Assembly (NCBI GenBank): GCA_019873625.1
Contig: JAIOAW010000014.1
Location: 9,925-73,924, forward strand
Reading direction: 5' to 3'
Length of the DNA: 64,000 bases
Origin: Chloroflexota bacterium
GTDB taxonomy: Bacteria; Chloroflexota; Anaerolineae; UBA1429
Position 1 is the first letter of the stretch. The number at the start of each line of letters is the position of its first letter. A program made the position numbers and the translations under genes. Positions 19,789 to 27,866 of the stretch are shown here, in pieces. The notes beneath the pieces were generated by a model. The model was not told the DNA's origin. It made no database searches and saw only the letters and a list, made by a program, of their open reading frames with translations.

Positions 19789-20625
19789 CTAGGCTCGCCG
19801 CCGGCTCAAGAGGCGCCTGACCTCGGCGAGCAACGTCTCAGGCGCCACGGGCTTGGAGATAAAGTTATCAATCAGATGGTCCTCATCGGTGGGGAACATC
19901 GAAAGGTAATCGGAACTCGTGATGGAACTCACCACGAGGATGGGCGTGTGGCGCAGTTGCGGGTTCGCACGGATGCGCCCGCTCGCATCCCACCCGTCCA
20001 GGATGCCATCCATCATAATGTCGAGGATCACGAGGTCGGGCGGCGTGGCGGTCATCGCCCGCAGGGCCTCTTGGCCGTTGGCCGCCGAATGGACGTCATA
20101 CCCCTCGCGTGCCAGCACCATCCGCGCCGCCTCGACGAAATCGGGGTCATCGTCCACCACGAGGATGACGGGCGTGGGATGGAGGGGCACCACCCAATCG
20201 GCCGGCTGTTTGGCCACCCGCAGGATATGCGCCGTGTGGCTGCCCAACACACCGGGGATGCGCCCCACCTTCTCGCTGAGGAAGGCCATCAGGCGCTCGT
20301 TGGATTCGAACACGGCCTCCACCGCCAGGTCATACCCGCCCGTGATGACGTAAACCGCCATCACCTCGGGGAATTGGCTAAGGTGCCGCGCCGTGGCATC
20401 TACGCGGGGGAGTTCCACGTTTAAAAGGATGAGGGCACGCACGGCATAGCCCAGGTGACGCGGGTCCACCACCGCCGAGACCCTCAGGACCCCCTCGCGG
20501 ATCAGGCGCTCCACGCGTTTGCGCACCGTCCCTTCCGAAATGCCCAACTCGCGGGCGATTTCCACATTGGAACGGCGGCCATCTTCGCGCAGCAACTCGA
20601 TAATCTGTCTATCCAGCAGGTCCAT
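19789..20625 (-). CDS. Lrp/AsnC transcriptional regulator fused to a C-terminal receiver domain
   Basis: MDLLDRQIIELLREDGRRSNVEIARELGISEGTVRKRV HTH, a RAM domain (ITGGYDL), then ILVVDDDPDF...LVILD...ISKP. Confidence 0.92.
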   Translation of the reverse strand: MDLLDRQIIELLREDGRRSNVEIARELGISEGTVRKRVERLIREGVLRVSAVVDPRHLGYAVRALILLNVELPRVDATARHLSQFPEVMAVYVITGGYDLAVEAVFESNERLMAFLSEKVGRIPGVLGSHTAHILRVAKQPADWVVPLHPTPVILVVDDDPDFVEAARMVLAREGYDVHSAANGQEALRAMTATPPDLVILDIMMDGILDGWDASGRIRANPQLRHTPILVVSSITSSDYLSMFPTDEDHLIDNFISKPVAPETLLAEVRRLLSRRRA

Positions 20626-20665
20626 CGCACCCCCGTTCGGCCTTCATTGGCCCTTTTCGTGATTC

Positions 20666-20694
20666 ACTATAGCACAAAATACGAATTTCGTCAA
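20666..20694 (-). promoter_or_regulatory. Sigma70 promoter of the Lrp-Rec/NuoEF/HK operon with an overlapping palindrome
   Basis: TTGACG-17 bp-TATAGT with extended TG. The palindrome ACGAA-T-TTCGT (20681-20691) overlaps the -35. Confidence 0.65.
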
Positions 20695-20822
20695 TAGGTT
20701 TTCATCAAAATTCGAAAAATTTACGCGCGGCATTTGGGAAGGCCCCAAGGCCTTATTGCCTTCTGGCTAGGCTGTGATAAACTCATTGCGAGCCACAAGG
20801 CCGAACCCTTAGGAGGCGCGAG

Positions 20823-21506
20823 ATGCAGGCCCTGCTCGTGTGCGATGATTACGATGAGTCGGCCATCCTCAGCCTGGCGATGCAGCGCGTCGGCCTGACC
20901 GTGACGGCCACCCAGGATATCGAGCGCGCCAGCCGCCTCTTTGCCGAACACGGTTATGAATTCATCCTCCTCGCCGTGCGCATCGGCCGCCCGGCCGACC
21001 AGGTGCGGCGCTTCCGCCGCGAGACGGAGGTGCCCATCGTCATCATCTCCAACTCTTCCAATGAGGACGTCCTCTGCCAGGCCCTCGATGCCGGCGCCGA
21101 TTGGGTGCTCACGCGGCCTTATAGCGCCCGTTTGCTCATTATGCAGTTGCGCGCCCTTTTGCGCCGCACCAAAGATACGGCCTTTTTGCGCCTGCCTATT
21201 TTGAGCGTGGGCCAGGTGCGGCTGGATCCCTCCACGCGCACCGTGGCCGTGGGAGAAAAGCCCTCGCGGCGCCTCACGCCGCTCGAATTCCGCCTGCTCT
21301 ATACGCTGATGATCCACCGTGGGCAGACGGTGCCCACCCTCACCCTCATCGAACGCGTGTGGGGGTATGAGGGCGAGGGGAGTATGGAATTGGCGCGGGG
21401 CCTGGTGAGCCGCCTGCGCGCCAAGATCGAAGAGAACCCCAAATCGCCGCGCTATATCCTCACCGTGCCGGGCATCGGGTATATGCTCACCAACCCGGAG
21501 GAATGA
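20823..21506 (+). CDS. OmpR/PhoB-family regulator with an atypical (non-phosphorylatable) receiver
   Basis: Winged helix LTPLEFRLL...VWGY...RLRAKIEENP...ILTVPGIGY. The receiver has FILLAV in place of the phospho-Asp and TRP in place of KP. Confidence 0.88.
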   Translation: MQALLVCDDYDESAILSLAMQRVGLTVTATQDIERASRLFAEHGYEFILLAVRIGRPADQVRRFRRETEVPIVIISNSSNEDVLCQALDAGADWVLTRPYSARLLIMQLRALLRRTKDTAFLRLPILSVGQVRLDPSTRTVAVGEKPSRRLTPLEFRLLYTLMIHRGQTVPTLTLIERVWGYEGEGSMELARGLVSRLRAKIEENPKSPRYILTVPGIGYMLTNPEE

Positions 21507-21638
21507 CCCTCGCAAATCTTGCACATCCTTCCTTTTTTAGGCCCGTTCTTTGTATGCCCCTTTTACCGAGTTTGCACAATAGCGCGCTATACTGATCAAA
21601 GAAACCGTGCTATGCTATCCTTTCAGCGGGAGGTGCCT

Positions 21639-21875
21639 ATGCCCTATGCCATTTGCCCCGAGTGCGACGAAGACATTTACATCCGCCATATGCCCAAACT
21701 GGGAGATATCGTCTACTGCCCTTCGTGTGAGACGCGCCTCGAGGTCGTGAACCTCAACCCCCTCGAGTTGGATTGGCCCTGGGATGAAGACGAAGAGGAG
21801 GAAGAGGAGGATTTGTTCGAGGATGAGGACCTAGAGGACGAGGATTTGGAGGATGAAGACCTGGGCGATGCGTAA
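21639..21875 (+). CDS. LysW-like zinc-ribbon protein with a highly acidic tail
   Basis: CPEC...GDIVYCPSCETRLEVVNLNPLELD, then a D/E-rich tail; GGAGGT RBS. Lacks the canonical C-terminal EDWGE. Confidence 0.75.
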   Translation: MPYAICPECDEDIYIRHMPKLGDIVYCPSCETRLEVVNLNPLELDWPWDEDEEEEEEDLFEDEDLEDEDLEDEDLGDA

Positions 21876-22002
21876 GGCCCTTTCCCTCGCCCGTTTGGGG
21901 AACGAGGGCTTGTAAACGCAGGGGCGGCGTGGCATACTGCCCCTGCGTTCATTTTGGCTCGGCCTGAGCCACGGTGCAGATTCCCTAGGAAAGGAGTGCC
22001 CC

Positions 22003-23412
22003 TTGGAACGGCCCAATATCCTCTTTATCCTCGTAGATGACCTGGGTTGGCGCGACATCGGCTGTTACGGCACCGCGTTTTACGAGACGCCCCATATTGA
22101 CCGCCTCGCGGTGGAAGGCATTCGCTTTACCGATGCTTACGCGGCCTGCCCCGTCTGCTCGCCTACGCGCGCCAGCCTCCTGACGGGCAAATATCCGGCC
22201 ACGGTGGGCGTTACGGATTGGATTGACTGGGCCGGCGCCATCCACCCCGCCCGAGGCCGCCTGGTGGACGTGCCCTACCTCAAACACCTGCCGCGCAGCG
22301 AATTCACCTTGGCCCACGCCCTGGCCGAGGCGGGCTATGCCACCTGGCATGTGGGCAAATGGCACTTGGGCGGAGAGGGGTCCCTGCCCACCGACCACGG
22401 CTTTCAGGTGAATATCGGCGGGTGCCATTGGGGGTCTCCGGGGAACGAGGGCTACTTTAGCCCCTGGGGCATCCCCGCCCTCAAAGACGCCGACGTGCCC
22501 CCCGGCACCTACTTGGACGATTACCTCACCGATCAGGCCATCGCCCTCATCGAAAATCATCGCGGGCGCCCCTTCTTCCTCAATCTGTGGTACTATCTCG
22601 TGCACATCCCCTGCCAGGCCAAAAAGGAGACCATCCGCAAATACCGGGCCAAGGCCCGCCGTTTGGGGCTGGATCGGATCAACCCCTTTGAGGAGGGGGA
22701 GTTCTTCCCCTGTGAGCACAAACGCCATCTGCGCATCCAGCGCCGGCGCTTCCAATCGGACCCGGTCTACGCCGCGATGGTAGAGCACCTTGACGAAAAC
22801 GTGGGGCGTTTGCTCGCCGCCCTTGAGCGCACGGGCCAGGCCGAAGACACCCTCGTCATCTTTACGTCCGACAACGGCGGCTTGGCCACGGCGGAGGGTT
22901 CGCCCACCTGCAATGCGCCCCTCGCCGAGGGCAAGGGGTGGATGTACGAGGGCGGCACGCGCGAGCCGCTCCTCATCCGCTGGCCGGGGGTCGTGCGGCC
23001 GGGGGCCGTGTGCGAGGTGCCCGTCACCAGCCCCGATTTCTACCCCACCCTGCTTGATTTGGCGGGCCTGCCCCTCCGCCCCGAGCAGCATACGGACGGA
23101 GTCTCGTTTGCGCCCCTCTTGCGGGGCGAGGCCCAGCCTCTCGAGCGGGAGGCGATCTTTTGGCACTATCCGCACTATGGCAACCAAGGGGGCACGCCCG
23201 GCTGCTCGCTGCGCGCCGGGGATTATAAACTCATCGAGTTCTTCGAAGACGGCCGCTTGGAACTCTACAACCTGCGCGAGGATATCAGCGAGGCCCACAA
23301 CCTAGCCGAGGAGATGCCCGCCTTGGCGCGCTCTCTCCACGAGCGGTTGATCGCCTGGCGCGAGCGCGTCGAGGCCAAGATCCCCCAGCGAAACGAGGCC
23401 TGGAAGGATTAG
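22003..23412 (+). CDS. Cys-type formylglycine sulfatase (arylsulfatase A-like, S1)
   Basis: PNILFILVDDLG, CSPTRASLLTG, GKWHLG and FTSDNG; no signal peptide. Confidence 0.94.
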   Translation: MERPNILFILVDDLGWRDIGCYGTAFYETPHIDRLAVEGIRFTDAYAACPVCSPTRASLLTGKYPATVGVTDWIDWAGAIHPARGRLVDVPYLKHLPRSEFTLAHALAEAGYATWHVGKWHLGGEGSLPTDHGFQVNIGGCHWGSPGNEGYFSPWGIPALKDADVPPGTYLDDYLTDQAIALIENHRGRPFFLNLWYYLVHIPCQAKKETIRKYRAKARRLGLDRINPFEEGEFFPCEHKRHLRIQRRRFQSDPVYAAMVEHLDENVGRLLAALERTGQAEDTLVIFTSDNGGLATAEGSPTCNAPLAEGKGWMYEGGTREPLLIRWPGVVRPGAVCEVPVTSPDFYPTLLDLAGLPLRPEQHTDGVSFAPLLRGEAQPLEREAIFWHYPHYGNQGGTPGCSLRAGDYKLIEFFEDGRLELYNLREDISEAHNLAEEMPALARSLHERLIAWRERVEAKIPQRNEAWKD

Positions 23413-23442
23413 GCTTTCCCATCTTCCCATCGAGGAGGCGCG

Positions 23443-24801
23443 ATGAACGTCATCGTCATCTTGGCAGATTCTCTCCGTTACGATCACCTGGGGTGCAACG
23501 GCAACCCCTGGATTCAAACGCCCCACGTGGATGCCTTTGCCCAAGAGGCCATCCGTTTTACGCGGGCCTATTCCGAAGGCCTGCCCACGCTCCCCACGCG
23601 CACGGCCTATTGGACGGGGCGCTTCACCTTGCCCTTCCGGGGATGGCAGTCGCCCGTCCCCACCGATCCGCTCCTCGCAGAACTCCTGTGGGGCCACGGC
23701 TATACCACGGCCCTCGTTACGGACGTATATCATCTCCACTGGCCGGGGATGTCGTTCAACCGGGGGTTCGACACCGTGCGCTTCATCCGTGGGCAGGAAT
23801 ACGACCGTTGGATTGCCCTGCCCGATGAGGCGGTGGATATCCAGACCTACCATCGCCTCAACGGCATCCCTGAGGATGACGCCCTGTGGAGGCCGCGCTT
23901 TCTGCAATATATGAAGAACATCAGCGTGCGCCAGGGCGAAGAGACCTATTTTGCGCCGCAAGTGGTGAACGCGGCCATCGCGTGGCTGGAGGCCCAAAAA
24001 CAAAAGGATCGCCTCTTCCTGTGGGTGGATCTTTTTGACCCGCACGAGCCGTGGGATCCCCCTGCCCCCTTCGATACGCTGTACGACCCCGGCTATACCG
24101 GCCAGGTGCTTATTGACCCGGTGCCCGGCTTTGTGGAAGGCTATATGACGCCGGAGGAGGTGCGCCACACGGCCGCGCTCTATGCCGGGGAGGTCTCGTT
24201 TGTGGATAAATGGGTGGGCAAACTGTTTGAGGCCATCAAGGCGCTCGATTTGTGGGAGAACTCGCTCATCCTCTTTACAAGCGACCACGGGGAATTCCTG
24301 GGCGAGCGGAACTGCATCCGCAAGGCGCGCCCCTGGCCTTATGAGGAACTGGCGCGCATCCCCTTTCTCGTCAAAATGCCCGGCGGCGAAGGGGCTGGCC
24401 GCACGGTGGAGGCGTTCATCCAAACGGCGGACCTTGCCCCTACCCTGTGCGACCTGTTGGGCCTGCCGCCCCTGCCCGGCGCCACGGGGCGCAGCCTCTT
24501 GCCCATCCTGCAAGGGAAAGCGCACGCCGTGCGCGATGAGGCCATCAGCGGCTGGTATGGGCGCTCGTGGAGCATCCGCAATGCCGAGTGGAGCCTCTAC
24601 CTCTGGCTGGAGGGCTACGGCCCTCAGCCGTGGGACCCCCGCCAGCCCGGCCAGCGAGAACTCTACGCCCTGGCCCAAGACCCCGGAGAGACGACCAACC
24701 TGGCGAGCATCTACCCCAACGTGGCCGATGCCCTCGAACTCAAACTGCGCCGCATAATAGACGGCCTCACGTGGGAACCCGCCCCGCCACCCCGGTTGTG
24801 A
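23443..24801 (+). CDS. Sulfatase-like alkaline-phosphatase-superfamily hydrolase with Thr at the nucleophile position
   Basis: ILADSLRYDHLG, TLPTR in place of C/SxPxR, DPHEPWDPP and TSDHGE. Confidence 0.85.
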   Translation: MNVIVILADSLRYDHLGCNGNPWIQTPHVDAFAQEAIRFTRAYSEGLPTLPTRTAYWTGRFTLPFRGWQSPVPTDPLLAELLWGHGYTTALVTDVYHLHWPGMSFNRGFDTVRFIRGQEYDRWIALPDEAVDIQTYHRLNGIPEDDALWRPRFLQYMKNISVRQGEETYFAPQVVNAAIAWLEAQKQKDRLFLWVDLFDPHEPWDPPAPFDTLYDPGYTGQVLIDPVPGFVEGYMTPEEVRHTAALYAGEVSFVDKWVGKLFEAIKALDLWENSLILFTSDHGEFLGERNCIRKARPWPYEELARIPFLVKMPGGEGAGRTVEAFIQTADLAPTLCDLLGLPPLPGATGRSLLPILQGKAHAVRDEAISGWYGRSWSIRNAEWSLYLWLEGYGPQPWDPRQPGQRELYALAQDPGETTNLASIYPNVADALELKLRRIIDGLTWEPAPPPRL

Positions 24802-24806
24802 GAACA

Positions 24807-24832
24807 AGGCCCCCGCTAAAAAGCGGGGGCCT
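24807..24832. terminator. Hairpin between convergent genes (probable bidirectional terminator)
   Basis: AGGCCCCCGCT-AAAA-AGCGGGGGCCT, a perfect 11-bp stem. Confidence 0.65.
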
Positions 24833-24851
24833 AAGCATCTATCGCCGACGA

Positions 24852-25931
24852 TTACACGACGTCAATGTGCGGCGGCCCCTCGAGCACCTCGCCGATGACC
24901 CACGTCGGCTGGCCGAACGCCTCGGCGCGCGCCCGGTAAGCCTCGGCTTCCTCCGGCGGTAAGGAGAGGAACAGCCCACCCGAGGTCTCCGGCGAGAAGC
25001 AGAGCATCTGTTCCTCGTATTCGAGGGCGGGCGCAAAGGAGACGTGTTCCCCATAATCGCTCGCGTTATGCCCGGCCATCGCCGGGAAAAGGAGGTCCTC
25101 CGCATACTGCCGCGCGCCCTCGATAAAGGGCAGCGCCTCAAAGTGCACGCTCAAGCGTACGCCGCTCCGCTCGGCCACTTCCCAGGCATGCCCTAAGAGG
25201 CCAAAACCGGTGATATCCGTTACGGCGTGGGGCGGCGGGCCGCCCCGGAGGGCCTCGGCGGCGGCCTTGTTCAGGCGCTTCATCCATTCCACCGCCGCGG
25301 CGAGGTGTTCCCAATCGGCCGCATCGGCCTTGGCCGCCGTGGTGATGAGGCCCGTCCCCAGTGGCTTGGTGAGGAGGAGAACATCCCCCGGCTGCGCGGC
25401 GCCCTTGGTGCCCAGGCGCACCGGGTTCGCCCACCCCAGGGCCACCAGGCCGAACTTGGGTTCCTCGTCGTCTATCGTATGGCCACCTGCGATGACAGCC
25501 CCGGCCTCTCGCACCTTTTCGGCCGCACCGCGAAAGATGGCCGCGATCATCTCCTCCGGCAGATGGGCCGGCATCGCGGCCAGGTTCAGCGCCAGGAACG
25601 GCTTCCCGCCCATCGCGTAAATATCGCTCAAGGCATTGGCCGCCGCGATGGCCCCATAATCAAACGGATCATCCACCACGGGGGTAAAGAAATCCGCCGT
25701 GATGACAAGCGCGCGCTCCTCCGAGACGCGCCAAACGGCCGCATCATCGGGCACGGCCAACCCCACCAACAGGTCGGGGAAATCCGCCGCGCGGAAAAAG
25801 TCGCTCAAAGGGCGCGTGACACGCGCCAGCGCGCCTGCGGCGCGCTTACCCCCTCAACCGGCCGCCTTGGCCAGCGCCGTTAGGCGAATCGTTTTTCCAT
25901 CGGGTGCCCTCGGGGGCAGATCGCAACCCAT
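24852..25931 (-). CDS. selD: Selenide, water dikinase (selenophosphate synthetase), selenocysteine-containing
   Basis: ATG at 25931 after GGGAGG reads ...IRLTALAKAAG-TGA-GGK..., in frame with DDAAV, DFFTPVVDDP, ANALSDIYAMGG, GGHT, TDITGFGLLGH and PETSGGL. The TGA (25856-25854) sits at the catalytic Cys/Sec-x-x-Lys position. Confidence 0.93.
25811..25846 (-). promoter_or_regulatory. Putative bacterial SECIS element
   Basis: Hairpin AGCGCGCC-GCA-GGCGCGCT begins 7 nt after the UGA, followed by a second hairpin GGCGCG-TGTCA-CGCGCC. Confidence 0.65.
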
Positions 25932-26191
25932 CGTCCCTCCCTTTCGCCCCAGTATACCATACCTTGGCCCCTAGGGCGAGAGGCGATAATGGCCCTCGCG
26001 CCAAGAGGCTGCTAGCGGGCATCGGTGAGGGGCCAGGAGTTCAAGAGCATTCCCGCCCCATATGAAGATGCCCAATCACCCATATGGGCGATTGACCTTT
26101 GGGGCCTTTATCGTATAAGATGGAGGCAGGAAGAGATGGCCTAGTCCGCGTTTCGAACGTGGACTCATTCGAAATGCCTAAGGAGGGCGAT

Positions 26192-27649
26192 ATGAAGCGA
26201 ATTTTGGCGGTGATTTTCGTGGTAGGGCTGCTGGCCTCGCTCCTCGTGCCGATGGCGGCCTCGGCCCAAGGCGCCTTGACCTACGAATCGGCCTGGCAGG
26301 TGCAGAACCTGGAGAACCAGCCGGGGTCGTTGGTCATCTCATTCTACGATGAGAACGGCGACCTCATCTCGGCGGCCACCATCAACGATACGATCGCGGC
26401 GAATGGGTCGAACAACTATTTCGCCATCAAGAATCTCAACCTGCCCACGCCCTTCCAGGGTTCGGCGGTGATCGCCTCGGATCGCGAACTGCGCGTCATC
26501 CATAACCTGATGGCCCATAACGCACAGGGCGTGCTCTATGGCGCAAGCAGTGGCGGCTATACGAAGGGCGCCACCGTTGTGAACCTGCCCCTCATTATGC
26601 GCAACAACAACGGGTATAACACCTGGTTCAGCGTGCAGAACGCCGGGGATGCCGACACCGAGGTGACCGTCGAGTTCAAGGCCGGCCCAGCGGGCAACAA
26701 CTATACGGCGCCCAAGGTAACCATCAAGCCCGGCGGCGCGGTAATCTTTGACCAGGCAGCGCCGGGGATGAGCGTCTTGGGCACCAAGTTCGTGGGCGCG
26801 GTCAAGATCACGTCTGACCCGGAGCCTGTGGTGGCCACGTGCGTGGAGGTCAGCCCGACGGACTTGATGGCCTACGATGGCTTCGGCATGGGCACCGAAC
26901 TCGTGGCGCAGATCGGCTATGCCAAGTTTGTGGGGCCGATCTTCCACTATGACAACCCCGTGAAGGATGAGTACTGGAGCGGCGTGCAGGTGCAGAACGT
27001 GGGTTCGCTCCCCACGACCGTCACGTTGGAGTTCGTCCCGCAGGATGCGTCTTCAGGCCATTATTGCACCGAGACGCAGACCATCCAGCCCTGGTCTTCA
27101 GGGACGTTCGGCGTGCTCAGTTTCGCGGGCCATCCGGCGGCGCCCCCCAATACGTGCTATGCGAACAACCTGCGCAACAAGTTCGTTGGCTCGGTGGCGG
27201 TGCTCTCGAACTCGGCCAACCAGCCCCTCAACGCCATCGTGAACCAGACGAACCAAACGCGCCGCAAGGCGGCCTCGTACAGCGCCTTTATGGAGGAAGA
27301 AGCCACCCGCTGCGTGAGCCTGCCGCTTATTATGGATCGCAACTATGGCTATGACACGAACGTGACGATCTATAACGCGAGCACGGTTACAGCCACGGTG
27401 GATATCACCTACACCGCCGAAAAGCCCGAGAAGGCCATCTACAACCGCACCGATACTTACACCATCGCGCCCAAGACCTCCAAGGTCATCGTGAACGGTG
27501 GAAATATCGGCCCGGGCTTTGTCGGGTCGGCCTTGGCCTGCGACCGCGATGCGAATGGCAAGTTACTCGCCATCGTGAACGAGATTCGCCATGCCGAGTA
27601 TGGGGATTCCTTCTACGTCTACAACGGGTTCAACCTCCAAGGCCCGTGA
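26192..27649 (+). CDS. Secreted four-repeat beta-rich surface protein (candidate S-layer/envelope protein)
   Basis: Sec signal peptide (MKRILAVIFVVGLLASLLVPMAASA). Four internal repeats of about 120 aa carry (LPLIM)...VQN.G...V...F and FxGS/A-V motifs. Strong RBS and a downstream hairpin. Confidence 0.7.
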   Translation: MKRILAVIFVVGLLASLLVPMAASAQGALTYESAWQVQNLENQPGSLVISFYDENGDLISAATINDTIAANGSNNYFAIKNLNLPTPFQGSAVIASDRELRVIHNLMAHNAQGVLYGASSGGYTKGATVVNLPLIMRNNNGYNTWFSVQNAGDADTEVTVEFKAGPAGNNYTAPKVTIKPGGAVIFDQAAPGMSVLGTKFVGAVKITSDPEPVVATCVEVSPTDLMAYDGFGMGTELVAQIGYAKFVGPIFHYDNPVKDEYWSGVQVQNVGSLPTTVTLEFVPQDASSGHYCTETQTIQPWSSGTFGVLSFAGHPAAPPNTCYANNLRNKFVGSVAVLSNSANQPLNAIVNQTNQTRRKAASYSAFMEEEATRCVSLPLIMDRNYGYDTNVTIYNASTVTATVDITYTAEKPEKAIYNRTDTYTIAPKTSKVIVNGGNIGPGFVGSALACDRDANGKLLAIVNEIRHAEYGDSFYVYNGFNLQGP

Positions 27650-27684
27650 CCTGGGCATCGCGCCACAAGCCGTAAGCGATTCGA

Positions 27685-27711
27685 AGAGGGGGGCCTAGTA
27701 GGTCCCCCTCT
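27685..27711 (+). terminator. Putative terminator hairpin
   Basis: AGAGGGGGGCC-TAGTA-GGTCCCCCTCT downstream of the surface-protein gene. Confidence 0.55.
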
Positions 27712-27866
27712 CTATGCAAAAGGGCATAGGAATTACGCAATTTTTACGCATCGCGGCCTTGCTTTGTGATAAAGCGCGGATGTATAATGCCCTTTGAGAG
27801 GGTTCGCTATGGGATGCGAACTCGGACGCTCTCTTCAGTAGGCTCGAAACCCATAAGGAGGAAAGG

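Noticed and set aside
21785-21866. Short GAGGAT/GAGGAC tandem repeats
   Set aside because: They encode the acidic EDEDL tail of the LysW-like protein; this is coding low complexity.
21639-21875. LysW-dependent lysine/arginine biosynthesis cluster
   Set aside because: No lysX/Z/Y/J/K nearby and no EDWGE terminus.
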